A DNA stretch of 64,000 nt, from contig CAZTSL010000006.1 of the NCBI GenBank assembly GCA_964616915.1, forward strand, positions 3,929 to 67,928, in the 5' to 3' direction. The notes beneath the pieces were generated by a model. It did not search any database. It saw only the letters and a list, made by a program, of their open reading frames with translations, and was not told the DNA's origin. Below are positions 47,570-59,537 of the stretch, piece after piece. A program made the translations under genes and the position numbers. This DNA is from an uncultured bacterium (lineage in GTDB: Bacteria; Myxococcota_A; CAZTSL01). Every line of letters begins with the position of its first letter. Position 1 is the stretch's first letter.

Positions 47570-48430
47570 CTACGATTCTTTCCGGTAATCGTAGACCCCA
47601 CGTCCCGTCTTCCGGCCTAGACGCCCGGCACGAACATACTGCTCGATGAGAGGACAGGGGCGGTATTTCTCCCCCAGCGTTGCGTGGAGATGCTCGAGCA
47701 CCGCAAGGCGGGTATCGAGGCCGACGAGATCGACGAGTTCGAAGGGGCCCATCGGGTGGTTGAGTCCGAGTTTGAGTGCCTTATCGATGTCACGGGCCGT
47801 TGCGACGCCCGCTTCGAGCATGTAGAAGGCTTCGTTGCCGATCAGTGCGTTGATGCGGCTCGTGACGAAGCCGGGGGATTCCCGTACCTCGACGCTCTCC
47901 TTCCCCATCCGGGCCGCGACCTCTGCGATCGAGGCGATCGTTTCGGCGGTGGTTTCGAGCCCCTTGACGATCTCCACGAGTTTCATCTTGTGGACCGGAT
48001 TGAAGAAGTGCATGCCGATCACCCGGCCGGGGCGCTCCGTGGCCGCGGCCATCTCGGTGATGCTCAGCCCCGAGGTGTTCGATGCAAGGATCGCCTCTGG
48101 CCGGCAGAGACGGTCGAGACGGGTGAAGAGATCGAGCTTGAGTTCGATCCGTTCGGGGACGGCCTCGATGACGAGATCGGCGTGCGGTGCGATGGAATCG
48201 AGATCGGTTTCGAGGGAGAGTCTGGCGAGCGCCTCCGCTTTGGCCTGGGGGGTGACCTTCCCCCGCTCGATCCCCCGGTCGAGATCGGCTTCGATGCGCG
48301 TGCGAGCGTCTTCGAGGATCTCCGAGGAGAGGTCGTTCAGGAAGGTTTCGAAACCGCCGAGGGCAGCGACATGGGCGATACCGCGTCCCATGATGCCGGC
48401 CCCCACGACGACGATTCGTTCGATCCGCAT
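47570..48430 (-). CDS. hbd: 3-hydroxybutyryl-CoA / 3-hydroxyacyl-CoA dehydrogenase
   Basis: MRIERIVVVGAGIMGRGIAHVAALGGFETFLND... with NAD-binding and C-terminal domains. Confidence 0.85.
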   Translation of the reverse strand: MRIERIVVVGAGIMGRGIAHVAALGGFETFLNDLSSEILEDARTRIEADLDRGIERGKVTPQAKAEALARLSLETDLDSIAPHADLVIEAVPERIELKLDLFTRLDRLCRPEAILASNTSGLSITEMAAATERPGRVIGMHFFNPVHKMKLVEIVKGLETTAETIASIAEVAARMGKESVEVRESPGFVTSRINALIGNEAFYMLEAGVATARDIDKALKLGLNHPMGPFELVDLVGLDTRLAVLEHLHATLGEKYRPCPLIEQYVRAGRLGRKTGRGVYDYRKES

Positions 48431-48464
48431 CGTTACCTCCAGTGCGTCCCCCTCCGACCGGGGG

Positions 48465-49487
48465 TCATGGTTTGAGGATCACCTTGCCGAAGACCTTCCG
48501 CGTTTCGACATGGGCGTGGGCGGCTCGGGCTTCCTCGAGGGGGAAGACCCGATCGACGACAGGGCGGAGTCTGCCATCCTCGAAGAGGGGCATCATGGCC
48601 AGGAGGGAGCCTTTGGAACCCATCGTGGAGCCGAGGAAGCTCAATTGCCGGAAGAAGAGGTGGCGAAGATCGATGCGTACGTCGAAGCCGGTGGTGGCGC
48701 CACAGGTGACGAGTCGGCCGTGGTGGGCAAGGACGCGGCAACTCGTTTCCCAGGTGGCCGCGCCGGGGTGCTCGAAGACGATCTCCACCCCCTTTTTTGC
48801 GGTGAGCCGCTTGACCTCGGCAACGACATCGATCTTCGTGTGATCGAGCACGACGTCGGCGCCGAGGGCCTTGGCCTTCGGGATCTTCTCCTCGCGTCCG
48901 ACGGTGGCGATCACCCGGGCACCGAAGAGGCGGGCGATCTGGACGCCCGCGCTCCCCACGCCGCTTCCTGCGCCGAGGATGAGCACATCCTCGCCGGGAC
49001 GCACCTTTGCCCGTTCGACGAGCATGTTCCAGGCGGTGAGGAAGACGAGGGGGATCGCCGCCCCCTCCTCGAAGGAGAGATGCTTCGGTTTCGGGATCAG
49101 ATTCTCCACGGGGACCACGACCCGCTGTGCGTGGGTGCCGTTACGGTTCTCCCCGAGGATGTGATACTCGGGGCAGTAATGATCGTTGCCGGAGAGGCAG
49201 GCTGCACAGCGGCCGCAACTCCACCCGGGAGAGATGAGGACTTCCGCTTCGAGGTGTTCGGAGGAAACCCCTGGTCCGACCGCAACGACCCGCCCCGCCC
49301 CGTCTGCGCCGGGAATGAGGGGAAAAGAGATCCCCGGCAATCCTCCCCGCAGCCAGATGTCGAGGTGGTTGAGGGAAGCGGCCACGACCTCGACGAGCAC
49401 CTGGCCGGGTCCGGCGATGGGATCGGGAACGGACTCGTAGGAGAGGCGGCTTGCATCCCCCGGTTCGTGAATCCGAATCGCTTTCAT
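48465..49487 (-). CDS. zinc-dependent alcohol dehydrogenase / quinone oxidoreductase (MDR family)
   Basis: Structural-Zn Cys cluster [18 protein letters not shown]. GxGxx[18 protein letters not shown]. Confidence 0.8.
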   Translation of the reverse strand: MKAIRIHEPGDASRLSYESVPDPIAGPGQVLVEVVAASLNHLDIWLRGGLPGISFPLIPGADGAGRVVAVGPGVSSEHLEAEVLISPGWSCGRCAACLSGNDHYCPEYHILGENRNGTHAQRVVVPVENLIPKPKHLSFEEGAAIPLVFLTAWNMLVERAKVRPGEDVLILGAGSGVGSAGVQIARLFGARVIATVGREEKIPKAKALGADVVLDHTKIDVVAEVKRLTAKKGVEIVFEHPGAATWETSCRVLAHHGRLVTCGATTGFDVRIDLRHLFFRQLSFLGSTMGSKGSLLAMMPLFEDGRLRPVVDRVFPLEEARAAHAHVETRKVFGKVILKP

Positions 49488-49651
49488 GCCGATTTCCTCC
49501 AGGATGGCGTTACGGCAGGAAGAGCGCCCGTAAAGTTCCCGCCGGCCTGCGAACCGGCACGAGAGCCGCCCGAGACGATCATCCGGAAGAGGGCCGCGCG
49601 GCGGTCTCCGGATGGGGATCGGCGGGGGGGGGAAGGGACACGACGGGCGAC

Positions 49652-50296
49652 TTACGACTCCTTGGGATCGGAGGAGGCCGTATCCGTATCCGTATCCGTA
49701 TCCGTACTCTCGGGCTGGGTCACAGGCTCCGCCGGGGACGCTGGAGCCGACGAAGCGGTGGCCTCCGTGGCATCCACCGGTGGGTGGGACTCGGTGGCTG
49801 TCGGGGCCGGTTCGGCGGTGCCCTCCCCTTCCGCTCCTTTGGCCTCGACGTCGGATTTCGCTCCTACCGGCGGTGTTTCGCGGTGTTTCTCGGCCCTTCT
49901 CGGTTTTTTCGATTTTTTCGACTTCTTCGGGGGCTCTTCGTCTTCTCCCAGGAGGGCGACGATGCTCATCTGGGCGCCATCTCCTTTGCGCCAGCGTGTC
50001 TTGACGACGCGGGTATATCCGCCGTTTCGGTTTTCATAGCGGGGGCCGAGTTCGGAGAAGAGTTTCGCGACGACCGATTTCTTCCGGATGACGGCGAGGG
50101 CCTGCCTGCGTGCGTGGAGGGAACCGTCCTTGGCGAGAGTGATCATCTTGTCGGCCCATCTCCGGAGTTCTTTGGCTTTGGCGTCGGTCGTTTCGATCGT
50201 TTCGTGTTCCAAGAGGGAAGTGACCATGTTTCGAAACATCGCGATCCGATGGCTCGAGGTCCGCCCCAGTTTGACTCCTGCTTTTCTATGGCGCAT
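49652..50296 (-). CDS. rplQ: 50S ribosomal protein L17 with ~98 aa low-complexity C-terminal extension
   Basis: The L17 core spans aa 1-116. It is followed by a Lys-rich then Ala/Thr/Pro/Glu-rich tail ending ...[19 protein letters not shown]. Confidence 0.9.
   Translation of the reverse strand: MRHRKAGVKLGRTSSHRIAMFRNMVTSLLEHETIETTDAKAKELRRWADKMITLAKDGSLHARRQALAVIRKKSVVAKLFSELGPRYENRNGGYTRVVKTRWRKGDGAQMSIVALLGEDEEPPKKSKKSKKPRRAEKHRETPPVGAKSDVEAKGAEGEGTAEPAPTATESHPPVDATEATASSAPASPAEPVTQPESTDTDTDTDTASSDPKES
49680..49706. repeat. (GTATCC)x4.5 hexanucleotide microsatellite inside the rplQ tail
   Basis: gtatccgtatccgtatccgtatccgta encodes TDTDTDTDT on the minus strand. The repeat unit keeps the reading frame. 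Confidence 0.8.
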
Positions 50297-50379
50297 GGCG
50301 ATTCTTCCTTATGCCCCCGATTCCGCCGGGCGTCGTATTCGCCCCTCTCTGGCAGGGAGAGGGGCGGGATTCCGTGGTC

Positions 50380-51441
50380 TCACTCTGCTTCCAAGGCTTC
50401 GACTTCCGCTTTTTCCGCGGCCTTCTCGGTCTGTTTTGCGAGGTACATCTGTCGGGCCTTGGCCGGATCGAAGTTTGGCAGTTTCATTCCGAAGGAGAGA
50501 TTCATCTCCTTGAGGATCTCCTTGATCTCGTTGAGCGATTTGCGGCCGAAATTCTTCGTTTTGAGCATTTCGGACTCGGTCTTCGTGACGAGTTCTCCGA
50601 TGAGGGTGATGTTGGCATTCTTGAGGCAGTTGGCGGCACGGACGGAGAGTTCCAGTTCATCGACGCTGCGGTAGAGATTCTCGTCGATCTCTTCCTTCTT
50701 CGGTTCTTCGGCGGTGACTTCCACCTCCTCCTCTTCGGTCTCTTCGAATTCGATGAGGAAGGAGACCTGATCCTTGAGGATTTTGGCGGCAAAGGAGACG
50801 GCCTCGACGGGCGTGATGCTGCCGTCGGTCCAGATCTCCATGATGAGTTTGTCGTAGTCGGTGACGTGGCCGACCCGCGCGTTCGTGACGTTGTAGTTGA
50901 CCCTGCGGATCGGGGAGAAGATCGAATCGATGGGGATCGTGCCGATCGGTTGTGTTTCGCTCTTGTTGCGTTCCGCCGGGACGTAGCCTCTGCCGCGGCC
51001 CACGGTCATCTCCATTTGCAGGTGTGCGCCCTCGGAGAGGGTGGCGATGTGGTGTTCCGGGTTGAGGAGGGTGATGGCGGGGTCGTGTTGGAAGTCTTCG
51101 ACCTTGACTTCTCCGGGCCCCTTCTTGTCGACGTAGAGCTTTCCGATGCTCGACCCGGTATATTTGATGACGACTTCCTTGAGGTTGAGGATGATATCGG
51201 TCACATCCTCCCGGACGCCTGGAATGGTCGAGAACTCGTGGAGGACGCCTTCGATCTTGACCGAGGTGATCGCCGCGCCCTGGAGCGCGGAGAGGATGAT
51301 CCGCCGCAGGGCATTCCCGAGGGTGATGCCGAAACCTCGTTCGAGGGGTTCGGCGACGAACTTCCCATAGGTCTCGCTCAAGGTTTCGAGGTCGTACTCC
51401 ACCTTTTTGGGTTTGATCAGGCTCTTCCAGTTCATCTGCAT
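50380..51441 (-). CDS. rpoA: DNA-directed RNA polymerase subunit alpha
   Basis: 353 aa. Confidence 0.95.
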   Translation of the reverse strand: MQMNWKSLIKPKKVEYDLETLSETYGKFVAEPLERGFGITLGNALRRIILSALQGAAITSVKIEGVLHEFSTIPGVREDVTDIILNLKEVVIKYTGSSIGKLYVDKKGPGEVKVEDFQHDPAITLLNPEHHIATLSEGAHLQMEMTVGRGRGYVPAERNKSETQPIGTIPIDSIFSPIRRVNYNVTNARVGHVTDYDKLIMEIWTDGSITPVEAVSFAAKILKDQVSFLIEFEETEEEEVEVTAEEPKKEEIDENLYRSVDELELSVRAANCLKNANITLIGELVTKTESEMLKTKNFGRKSLNEIKEILKEMNLSFGMKLPNFDPAKARQMYLAKQTEKAAEKAEVEALEAE

Positions 51442-51620
51442 GGGATGTCACCTTTTGGAAGAAAGGTTTTCGTTCGAGGGCGCGATGCTGGGAAACCGGC
51501 GACGCGGCACCCTTCCCCTCCGCCGTCGTGGTTTGCCGATCTCGCTCCGACGGTACTCAGGGTTGTGCGTGAAGATCCGGATTGCCCAGGAAAGGTGAAA
51601 CGCGACGGATGGAGGGAAGC

Positions 51621-52250
51621 CTATCTCGAGTAGAGTTCCACGATCAACTGTTCGTTGATATCGCGGTTCAGCTGGTCCCGGCTCGGCAATTCGGCGACCT
51701 TTCCCGTCATCTCCTCGTGGTTGAGGTGGAGCCATTCGGGAATCCCTTGCTGGAGAGCGAACTCGAGAGATTCCTGGATGGCACGAATCTTCCTGCTCTT
51801 TTCCCGAAGGGTGATCACATCCTCCACTTTGACGAGATAGGAGGGGATGTTCACCTTCTTGCCATTTACGAGGAAGTGGTTGTGGCGCACGAGTTGCCGG
51901 GCATGGCTCCGGGAAGCGGCGAAACCGAGACGGTAGACGACGTTGTCGAGGCGCCGTTCGAGGAGGAGGAGGAGATTCTCCCCGGTGACCCCCTTCATTC
52001 GTTCCGCCTTTTCGAAGTAGTTGCGGAACTGGCGCTCGAGGAGGCCGTACATCTGACGGACCTTCTGTTTTTCCCGAAGCTGGATACCGTAGTCGGTCGG
52101 TTTGATGCGCCGGTGGCCGTGCTGTCCAGGGGGATGTTTCCGTTTCCCCTCGATGGGGCACTTGGAGGACAAACAGCGTTGGCCCTTCAGGAAGAGCTTG
52201 GCTCCAGCTCTCCGACACAGTCTGCACCTGGCTTCCGTATATCTTGCCAC
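51621..52250 (-). CDS. rpsD: 30S ribosomal protein S4
   Basis: [26 protein letters not shown]... Confidence 0.95.
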   Translation of the reverse strand: MARYTEARCRLCRRAGAKLFLKGQRCLSSKCPIEGKRKHPPGQHGHRRIKPTDYGIQLREKQKVRQMYGLLERQFRNYFEKAERMKGVTGENLLLLLERRLDNVVYRLGFAASRSHARQLVRHNHFLVNGKKVNIPSYLVKVEDVITLREKSRKIRAIQESLEFALQQGIPEWLHLNHEEMTGKVAELPSRDQLNRDINEQLIVELYSR

Positions 52251-52251
52251 G

Positions 52252-52650
52252 TTACACTCTCCGCCGTTTTGGGGGACGACACCCGTTGTGGGGGATGGGG
52301 GTGACGTCCTTGATGAGGTTCACCTTGAGACCGGCTGCCTGGATCGAACGGAGGGCGGCTTCCCGGCCCGCGCCCGGTCCCTTCACGTAGACCCCCACGG
52401 TCTGCATGCCATGTTCCTGGGCCTTGCGAGCGGCGTTCTCCGCCGCGACCTGGGCGGCGAAGGGGGTGCTCTTGCGGGAGCCCTTGAATCCCTGGCTCCC
52501 TGCACTCGACCAGGCGATGACGTTTCCGCTCATGTCCGTGATCGTGATGATCGTATTGTTGAAGGTCGCCTGGATATGGGCAATCCCTGCGGCGATATTC
52601 TTTTTGACCTTCTTTTTCCTCGATCCCTTACGGTCCGATTTTGCCGCCAT
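52252..52650 (-). CDS. rpsK: 30S ribosomal protein S11
   Basis: ...[18 protein letters not shown]... Confidence 0.95.
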   Translation of the reverse strand: MAAKSDRKGSRKKKVKKNIAAGIAHIQATFNNTIITITDMSGNVIAWSSAGSQGFKGSRKSTPFAAQVAAENAARKAQEHGMQTVGVYVKGPGAGREAALRSIQAAGLKVNLIKDVTPIPHNGCRPPKRRRV

Positions 52651-52711
52651 ACGCTACTTCTCCATCAGCCTTCGTTATGAAGTGTCGTTTCGTGGGTTGA
52701 GACGCGCCCTT

Positions 52712-53083
52712 TCACTTCCCCTTGCGGCCGCCGATCGCCCGGCGGGGACCCTTGCGGGTTCTGGCGTTCGTGTGGGTACGCTGTCCCCGCACGGGGAGTC
52801 CCCGGCGATGACGCAGTCCCCGATAACACTGAAGATCGATGAGGCGCTTGATGTTCATGGCGACCTCCCGTCGGAGATCCCCCTCGACCTTGTAGTCGTT
52901 CTCGATGATCTTGCGGATCCGGGCGACTTCCTCTTCGGTGAGGTTACCGGCTTTCTTGGCGGGATCGACGCCCGAGGCTTCGATGATCTTCTGCGCGGTG
53001 GGGCGTCCGATGCCATAGATATAGGTCAAGGCGATATCGATCCGTTTCTCGTTGGGTAGCGCGATTCCTGCGATGCGGGCCAT
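52712..53083 (-). CDS. rpsM: 30S ribosomal protein S13
   Basis: [26 protein letters not shown]... Confidence 0.95.
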   Translation of the reverse strand: MARIAGIALPNEKRIDIALTYIYGIGRPTAQKIIEASGVDPAKKAGNLTEEEVARIRKIIENDYKVEGDLRREVAMNIKRLIDLQCYRGLRHRRGLPVRGQRTHTNARTRKGPRRAIGGRKGK

Positions 53084-53097
53084 CTCTCCTCCTTGGC

Positions 53098-53211
53098 TTA
53101 CCCTTGGCGCTGTTTGTGTTTCGGATTCTGGCAGATCACGCGAATGATCCCCTTCCTGCGGATGATCTTACATTTGTCGCAGATCTTTTTCACCGATGCC
53201 TTTACTTTCAT
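53098..53211 (-). CDS. rpmJ: 50S ribosomal protein L36
   Basis: Not in the ORF track. Reverse-complement translation gives [37 protein letters not shown] with the zinc-ribbon Cys pattern. It lies 14 nt upstream of rpsM. Confidence 0.9.
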   Translation of the reverse strand: MKVKASVKKICDKCKIIRRKGIIRVICQNPKHKQRQG

Positions 53212-53323
53212 CCGAAGCGCTCCTTCGCTGTCGACGCCGTTCATCCTCCCGGGGGGGTTCCGATCTGCGAGCGGGGAGATCCGTGGGCCGCGGGAGGAGG
53301 AACGTCGGTGGCGTCGGGGTCAT

Positions 53324-53545
53324 TCATCCCTTTACGCGGTAGGTGATCCGTCCCCGCGTCAGATCGTAGGGGGAGAGTTCGACCTTGACCTTGTCTCCGG
53401 GCAGGATCCGGATGAAGTGCATCCGCATCTTGCCTGCGATATGGGCGAGGACTTTGTGCCCATTTTCGAGTTCCACGCGAAACATCGCGTTGGGGAGGGG
53501 TTCGAGAACGGTCCCCTCGACTTCGATTGCTTCTTCTTTCGCCAT
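53324..53545 (-). CDS. infA: translation initiation factor IF-1
   Basis: [70 protein letters not shown]. Confidence 0.95.
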   Translation of the reverse strand: MAKEEAIEVEGTVLEPLPNAMFRVELENGHKVLAHIAGKMRMHFIRILPGDKVKVELSPYDLTRGRITYRVKG

Positions 53546-53703
53546 TTCTGGTCCTCAACGATGAAACCGCTGGATTTTGCCGGGGTATCGCCTGCACCTC
53601 CGGCCTCTGCGGGGGAAGCGTCCGGATACTCGCCGATCACGAGAAAGATCCGCCTCCCCCGATCGGAACCGAGGGGAGAGGATAGATCAAAGATGTAGTT
53701 TTG

Positions 53704-54378
53704 TCAACGAGGTCCCTGCAAAAAAGCGTCCAGGATCTCTGTCACGCGTTGCGTGAGCGATTCGAGAGGGGCTTCGGCGGAAAGGGAAACGAGGAGTCCC
53801 TTCTTCCGGTAGTATTCGATGAGGGGCCTGGTTGCTGCTTCATAGATCTCGAAGCGTTTCCGTACGGTCTCTTCCCGATCGTCGGGACGTTGGATGAGCG
53901 TTCCTTTTCCTCCGCAGCGATCACAATCGCTGTTCCTTGCCGGGGGGTGATCGACGAGATGATAGATCGCTCCGCAGTTGCGGCAGATCCTCCGGCCGCA
54001 GAGGCGTCGTATCACGACGGGGAGGGAGACCTCGAAGGAGAAGACGTGGGAGAGGGACCTTTCGAGTCCCTCCATCTTCCGGTCGAGGGCTTCGGCCTGG
54101 GGGCACGTCCTCGGAAAACCGTCGAGGATGAAGCCGTGCTGGCAACGTTCCTCTTCGAGCGCGGAGGCGACGATGTCGATCACGAGAGCGTCGGGGACGA
54201 GTTTGCCCTCGTTCATGAACGTGGCCGCGCGTTTTCCCAGTGGCGTTCCTTCGGAGACCGCGCCCCGCAGGATATCCCCGGTGGAGAGGTGGGGGATCCC
54301 GTAGCGGGATGCGATCCGTTTCGCCTGCGTTCCCTTTCCTGCCCCCGGTGGCCCGAGGAGGACGAGATTGAGTTCCAT
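53704..54378 (-). CDS. adk: adenylate kinase (with zinc-binding LID Cys4)
   Basis: MELNLVLLGPPGAGKGTQA... with a CRNCG...CDRCGG lid. Confidence 0.95.
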   Translation of the reverse strand: MELNLVLLGPPGAGKGTQAKRIASRYGIPHLSTGDILRGAVSEGTPLGKRAATFMNEGKLVPDALVIDIVASALEEERCQHGFILDGFPRTCPQAEALDRKMEGLERSLSHVFSFEVSLPVVIRRLCGRRICRNCGAIYHLVDHPPARNSDCDRCGGKGTLIQRPDDREETVRKRFEIYEAATRPLIEYYRKKGLLVSLSAEAPLESLTQRVTEILDAFLQGPR

Positions 54379-54406
54379 ATCCGCCTCCCAGTGGAGACAA
54401 CGATGC

Positions 54407-55717
54407 TCACCGGCGTCGTCCTCGTCCCTTGAAGCGCATCCCCTTCCCCAGGAAACCGTCGTAGTGCCGCGTCAGGAGGTGGGCCTCCACCTGCTGGACC
54501 GTGTCGAGCGCCACGCCCACGACGATCAGGAGTGCGGTTCCACCGAAGTAGAAGGGAACCTTCATCTCCGCGATCAGGATCGTCGGCAGCACGCAGACCG
54601 CCGCCACATAGATCGCCCCGCCGAAGGTGATGCGGGTGAGCACGCGATCGATGTAGGCCGCCGTCTTCTTTCCGGGGCGGATCCCTGGAATGTAGCCCCC
54701 CTGCTTCTTGAGGTTGTCCGCCACATCGATCGGGTTGAAGGTGACGGCGGTGTAGAAGTAGCAGAAGAAGATGATCAGGATGATGTAGACGAAGCTATAG
54801 ACGAGATGCCCCGGTGACATCCAACGCACGAAGGTGTTCATCCAGGGGACGTTCATGAAACCGGCCAGCGTCGAGGGGAACATCAGGATCGAGGAGGCGA
54901 AGATCGGCGGGATCACCCCGGCGGTATTGATCTTGAGGGGCAGATGCGTGCTCGCGCCTCCGTAGATCTTGCGTCCCACGATCCGTTTGGCGTGCTGCAC
55001 CGGGATCCTGCGCTGTGCCCGCTCGATCCAGATGATGACCCCGACCACGACGACCATCACGGCCAGGAGGATCAGCATCGAGAAGGGCTTCATCTCTCCG
55101 GTCTTCATCAACTGGACGGTCCGGAAGATCGCGGAGGGGAGGCGGGCCACGATCCCGGCGAAGATGATGAGGGAGATTCCGTTGCCGATCCCATGCTCCG
55201 TGATCTGCTCGCCAAGCCACATGATGAAGGCCGTGCCCGCCGTAAGCGTGATCACCGTCATCAACCGGAATTTGAGGCCCGGTTCGAGCACGATCCCGGA
55301 GCCCGCCATTCCGTTCTCCAGGCCGTAGGCGATCATGAAACCCTGGAAGATGCTGAGGAGCACCGTTCCGTAGCGGGTGTACTGCGTGATCTTCTTGCGG
55401 CCGTCCGGCTCTTTGGAGAGTTTCTCGAGGTAGGGCCAGACCACGGTGAGGAGCTGCAGGATGATCGAGGCGCTGATGTAGGGCATGATCCCAAGCGCAA
55501 AGATCGACAGCTTCTTCAGTGCGCCTCCCGAGAACATGTCGAGCATCCCGAAGATCGAGCCGCGCGACTGCTGGAAGAAGTTCGCCAGCGCCTGGGTGTC
55601 GATCCCCGGCGTGGGCACCGCGACCCCGACCCGGTAGAGCGCGAGGATCCCGAGGGTGAAGAAGACCTTCTTTTTGAGTTCCGGGATCTTGAGGAGATTT
55701 TGAACGGCGGACAACAT
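54407..55717 (-). CDS. secY: preprotein translocase subunit SecY
   Basis: 436 aa, 10 TM helices. Confidence 0.95.
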   Translation of the reverse strand: MLSAVQNLLKIPELKKKVFFTLGILALYRVGVAVPTPGIDTQALANFFQQSRGSIFGMLDMFSGGALKKLSIFALGIMPYISASIILQLLTVVWPYLEKLSKEPDGRKKITQYTRYGTVLLSIFQGFMIAYGLENGMAGSGIVLEPGLKFRLMTVITLTAGTAFIMWLGEQITEHGIGNGISLIIFAGIVARLPSAIFRTVQLMKTGEMKPFSMLILLAVMVVVVGVIIWIERAQRRIPVQHAKRIVGRKIYGGASTHLPLKINTAGVIPPIFASSILMFPSTLAGFMNVPWMNTFVRWMSPGHLVYSFVYIILIIFFCYFYTAVTFNPIDVADNLKKQGGYIPGIRPGKKTAAYIDRVLTRITFGGAIYVAAVCVLPTILIAEMKVPFYFGGTALLIVVGVALDTVQQVEAHLLTRHYDGFLGKGMRFKGRGRRR

Positions 55718-55743
55718 CTATGGGACCTTTCCGCTTGGCGTGT

Positions 55744-56205
55744 TCAGGTACGGCTCGGCTCGTCCGGAATCATCTCGACCTTCCCTCCGGCCGCTTCGAT
55801 CTTCTCACGGGCGGCACGGGAGATCTTGTGGACCCGGACCGTCAGGGGGCGGGTGATTTCGCCGTTGGCGAGGATCTTGACGCCGTCGCCGACCCTTCGG
55901 ATGACCCGGGCTTCCTGGAGGCGGGGGGGATCGACGAGGGACTCCGGCTCGAAGCGGTTGAGCTGCTCGAGGGAGACGATCGCGTATTCCTTGCGGAAGA
56001 CGTTGCGGAATCCCCGTTTGGGAAGCCGGCGCTGGAGGGGCATCTGTCCCCCCTCGAAGCCGACCATCTGTTTCTTCCCGCTGCGGGCGCCGGCGCCCTT
56101 TTGTCCCCGTCCTGCGGTCTTGCCCAACTGGGAGCCGGGACCTCTGCCGGCGCGCTTCTGCTTCTTTCTCGAGCCCTTGGGTGGGCGCAGTGAATCGAGC
56201 TTCAT
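55744..56205 (-). CDS. rplO: 50S ribosomal protein L15
   Basis: Internal start [37 protein letters not shown]. Confidence 0.9.
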   Translation of the reverse strand: MKLDSLRPPKGSRKKQKRAGRGPGSQLGKTAGRGQKGAGARSGKKQMVGFEGGQMPLQRRLPKRGFRNVFRKEYAIVSLEQLNRFEPESLVDPPRLQEARVIRRVGDGVKILANGEITRPLTVRVHKISRAAREKIEAAGGKVEMIPDEPSRT

Positions 56206-56227
56206 TCTCCCTGCTCCTCGAAAGGGG

Positions 56228-56425
56228 TTAGGGTGTTTCCGTGAATTCCTCATCGATCTGGACGAGGTGGATCACCTTGCGGATCATCCCTCGGATCGCG
56301 GGGGTGTTCTCCCGGATCACGGTCTTGTTGAGGCGGGTGAGGCCGAGCCCTTTGAGGGTGGCCCGCTGCTTGGCGGGGCGACCGATCGGACTCCGCTTGA
56401 GGGTGATTTTGATTCTGTTGGCCAT
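56228..56425 (-). CDS. rpmD: 50S ribosomal protein L30
   Basis: Internal start [36 protein letters not shown]. Confidence 0.9.
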   Translation of the reverse strand: MANRIKITLKRSPIGRPAKQRATLKGLGLTRLNKTVIRENTPAIRGMIRKVIHLVQIDEEFTETP

Positions 56426-56441
56426 CGCTGCCTCCACGCGG

Positions 56442-56966
56442 TTACGCTTCGTCGGGGGTGGGGAGGGCTTTGCCCCGCCGGCGCAGGTTCTCTTCTGGAC
56501 TGACGAGTCGTCTGAGTCCATCGACCGTGGCACGTACCACATTGTGGGGGTTGTGGCTTCCGAGGCATTTGGAGAGGATGTTCCGGACCCCGGCGGCTTC
56601 CAGGATCGCGCGCACCGCGCCGCCGGCGATCACCCCCGTTCCCGGACGGGCGGGCTTCATGAGGACGCTTCCTGCGCCGAAGGTGCCGAGTACCTCGTGG
56701 GGGATCGTTCCCGTTTCGGGATCGAGGGGGATCTCGAAGAGATTCTTCTTCGCCTGTTCCACGGCCTTACGGATCGCTTCGGGCACTTCACCCGCCTTTC
56801 CGCTCCCCGTGCCGACCATTCCCTTTTCGTCGCCGACGACGACGATCGCGCTGAAGCTGAAGCGCCGTCCCCCTTTGACGACCTTGGCCACCCGGTTGAT
56901 GTGGATGACCTTGTCGACGAACTTCGTCTCTTCCGCTGCTCTCTGGTTGCGGTTGTAGTGCTGCAC
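56442..56966 (-). CDS. rpsE: 30S ribosomal protein S5
   Basis: ...[27 protein letters not shown]... Confidence 0.95.
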   Translation of the reverse strand: MQHYNRNQRAAEETKFVDKVIHINRVAKVVKGGRRFSFSAIVVVGDEKGMVGTGSGKAGEVPEAIRKAVEQAKKNLFEIPLDPETGTIPHEVLGTFGAGSVLMKPARPGTGVIAGGAVRAILEAAGVRNILSKCLGSHNPHNVVRATVDGLRRLVSPEENLRRRGKALPTPDEA

Positions 56967-56978
56967 GGTCTTTCCTCA

Positions 56979-57347
56979 CTAGAATTTCAGGCCTTTTTCC
57001 CGGGCGGCCTCGGCCAGGGCTCGGACTTTTCCGTGATAGATGTAGCCGTTTCTGTCGAAGACGACCTGTTCGATATCCTTGGCGAGCGCCCGTTGGGCGA
57101 TCGCTTCTCCCACCCGTCTGGCGGCTTCCTTGTTGGCCGTCCTGGCGAGTCCCTCCCGGACTTCCTTGTTCAGGGTGGAGGCTGCGGCCAGGGTCCGGCC
57201 CGATTCGTCCTCGATGATCTGCGCATAGATATGCCTGCCGCTGCAATAGACGTTGAGGCGGGGGCGTGCGGGAGTGCCCCGCACCTTGCGCCGGATCCTG
57301 GCTTGACGTTTCTTCCGTCCGATTCTTCGAAGGTTTCTCGCGATCAT
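56979..57347 (-). CDS. rplR: 50S ribosomal protein L18
   Basis: ...[20 protein letters not shown]... Confidence 0.95.
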   Translation of the reverse strand: MIARNLRRIGRKKRQARIRRKVRGTPARPRLNVYCSGRHIYAQIIEDESGRTLAAASTLNKEVREGLARTANKEAARRVGEAIAQRALAKDIEQVVFDRNGYIYHGKVRALAEAAREKGLKF

Positions 57348-57392
57348 GGTCCTATCCTTCTCACCCGCTTGAAGTCGTTCCTTCGGGCGGGA

Positions 57393-57932
57393 TCAGCTTC
57401 CGGTCTTTCCAGGTTTGAGGCGGACATCTTCGTTGGAGAAGCGGATCCCTTTCCCCTTGTAGGGATCGGGGGGGCGGATCTTTCGGATTTCCGCCGCCAC
57501 TTCGCCCACGAGCCCCCGGTCGCAACTTTCGAGGACGATCTTCGTCTGTTCCACCTTCGCCTTGATCCCTTTCGGGAGACGGAAGCGGACGGGGGAGGCA
57601 TATCCCACGGAGAGGAAGAGATCTTCCCCTTTGAGTTCCGCCTTGTAACCGACGCCGATGAGATCGAGGCTCTTGACGAATCCCTCGGTCACGCCGGTGA
57701 CCATGTTTGCGATGAGCGAGCGATAGAGGCCGTGGAGCGACCGGGCCTCCCGGCTCTGGTCCACCGCCCGCAACACGATCTGGTTCCCCTCGATGGAGAC
57801 CTCGACCTTGGGCCGGATGGCGAGCTGAAGCGCTCCCTTCGGTCCCTGGACGTGGATCGTGGAGGCCGCTTCATCCCAGCGCACCTCTACGCCCGCTGGA
57901 ATGGGCACGGGAAGTTTTCCAATCCGAGACAT
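57393..57932 (-). CDS. rplF: 50S ribosomal protein L6
   Basis: MSRIGKLPVPIPAGVEVRWD... Confidence 0.95.
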   Translation of the reverse strand: MSRIGKLPVPIPAGVEVRWDEAASTIHVQGPKGALQLAIRPKVEVSIEGNQIVLRAVDQSREARSLHGLYRSLIANMVTGVTEGFVKSLDLIGVGYKAELKGEDLFLSVGYASPVRFRLPKGIKAKVEQTKIVLESCDRGLVGEVAAEIRKIRPPDPYKGKGIRFSNEDVRLKPGKTGS

Positions 57933-57990
57933 GCTACCTCCTTGACGAAGACTTCTCAGGCGTCTGGGATCCCACGCGCCTTGCGTGAGG

Positions 57991-58383
57991 CTACCAGACC
58001 TTGCAGAGGAGTTCTCCCCCGACGTTCATCGACCGGGCCTGGGCGTCGGTGAGGATCCCCTTCGAGGTGCTGAGGATCGCCACCCCCATGCCGTTGAGCA
58101 CGGAAGGAATCTCTTTCTTCTTGACGTAGATCCGTCGCCCCGGTTTGCTGACCCGCACGATCCCACGGATCGTTGGTTCCCTGCTCGATTCGTACTTCAG
58201 TTCGATCTTGATGATCCCCTGGGGAGGGGAGGGGATCATCTCGAAACGCCGGATATAACCCTCCTCCTGGAGGATCTCTGCGATCCGCCGCTTCATGTTC
58301 GAGGCGGGAATCTCGACGGCCTGGTGGCCGGCCTGAGCGGCATTCCGGATCCGCGTCAACATGTCGGCAACAGGATCAGTCAT
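57991..58383 (-). CDS. rpsH: 30S ribosomal protein S8
   Basis: Internal start [20 protein letters not shown]. Confidence 0.95.
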   Translation of the reverse strand: MTDPVADMLTRIRNAAQAGHQAVEIPASNMKRRIAEILQEEGYIRRFEMIPSPPQGIIKIELKYESSREPTIRGIVRVSKPGRRIYVKKKEIPSVLNGMGVAILSTSKGILTDAQARSMNVGGELLCKVW

Positions 58384-58440
58384 ACACATGGAGTACTTCC
58401 TTCTCTTCGATCGTTACGCTTCCGATCCTCGTTTGGCAAC

Positions 58441-58626
58441 TCACCAGCTCGATTTCGTCACGCCCGGGAGTTCTCCCTTGAGCGCGAGGGTGCGAAAACA
58501 GATCCGGCACATCTGGAAACGTCGCAGAAAGGCTCGCGGACGTCCGCACAGGGGGCAGCGGTTGTAGTGCCGGACCCGAAACTTGTTCTTCTTCTGGGCT
58601 TTCAGTTTGAGCGCAAGTCTAGCCAC
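58441..58626 (-). CDS. rpsN: 30S ribosomal protein S14 type Z (zinc-binding, 61 aa)
   Basis: ...[23 protein letters not shown]... Confidence 0.95.
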   Translation of the reverse strand: MARLALKLKAQKKNKFRVRHYNRCPLCGRPRAFLRRFQMCRICFRTLALKGELPGVTKSSW

Positions 58627-58640
58627 GCTGATCCTCCGGG

Positions 58641-59183
58641 TTAATTTCTGAAGGGCATGCCGAGGTGTTTGAGGAGTGCTTTCCCCTCTTCGTCGGTTTT
58701 TGCCGTCGTGACGATGACGATGTTCATCCCCTTGATCTTATCGATCTTGTCGTAATCGATTTCGGGAAAGATGATCTGCTCGCGGATCCCTAAGGCATAG
58801 TTGCCCCGTCCGTCGAAGGCCTTTCCTGATACGCCGCGGAAATCGCGCACCCGGGGCAGAGCGATATTCACCAGCCGGTCGAAGAACTCGTACATCCGCG
58901 ACTTGCGCAGCGTCACCATGCAGCCGATCGGCATTCCCGCCCGAAGTTTGAAGGCCGCGATCGATTTGCGCGCCTTCGTCACCACCGGTTTCTGCCCCGT
59001 GATACGGGCCAGTTCGGCCTGTGCAGAGTCGAGCACCTTGATGTCGCTGACCGCTTCCCCGAGACCCATGTTGATCACGATCTTCGCCAGTTGGGGGACT
59101 TCCATCACATTCTCGTAGCCGAACGCCTCCATCAGCCTGGGAACGACTTCCTCTCTGTAGAACGTATAGATTCTTGCTGCCAT
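58641..59183 (-). CDS. rplE: 50S ribosomal protein L5
   Basis: 180 aa. Confidence 0.95.
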   Translation of the reverse strand: MAARIYTFYREEVVPRLMEAFGYENVMEVPQLAKIVINMGLGEAVSDIKVLDSAQAELARITGQKPVVTKARKSIAAFKLRAGMPIGCMVTLRKSRMYEFFDRLVNIALPRVRDFRGVSGKAFDGRGNYALGIREQIIFPEIDYDKIDKIKGMNIVIVTTAKTDEEGKALLKHLGMPFRN

Positions 59184-59210
59184 CTTTCACACCCTTTTGG
59201 CGATCGTCGG

Positions 59211-59537
59211 TCAGATTTGATCGAGGATTTCGCCCGTCTTTACGGAATATCGGACTTTACGGCCATCTTCGAGGACTTTGTATCCGATACGCACGGGTCG
59301 ATCGGCTTTGGGATCGTAGAGTTGTACGTTGGAGATCGAAATCGGGGCTTCCCGTTCGATGATTCCCCCTTGCTGGACCATCTGATTGGGTCGGGTATGC
59401 CGCTTGATCATGTTCAGGCCTTCGACGATCACCCGCCCTTTCTCGGGGAAGACTTTGAGGACCTTTCCCCGTTTTCCCTTCTCCTTGCCGGCGATCACGA
59501 CGACGATATCGTTCTTCTTCACATGGCGCTTCATCAC
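59211..59537 (-). CDS. rplX: 50S ribosomal protein L24
   Basis: [29 protein letters not shown]... Confidence 0.95.
   Translation of the reverse strand: MMKRHVKKNDIVVVIAGKEKGKRGKVLKVFPEKGRVIVEGLNMIKRHTRPNQMVQQGGIIEREAPISISNVQLYDPKADRPVRIGYKVLEDGRKVRYSVKTGEILDQI

Noticed and set aside
49680-49930. Short tandem repeats that might suggest a CRISPR or minisatellite array
   Set aside because: The units are only 6-9 bp, contiguous and in-frame inside the rplQ tail. There are no spacers and no 24-48 bp repeats, so this is not CRISPR.
47835-50039. 734 aa plus-strand ORF
   Set aside because: It is antisense to the hbd, ADH and rplQ genes.
56241-58052. 603 aa plus-strand ORF
   Set aside because: It is antisense to six ribosomal protein genes.
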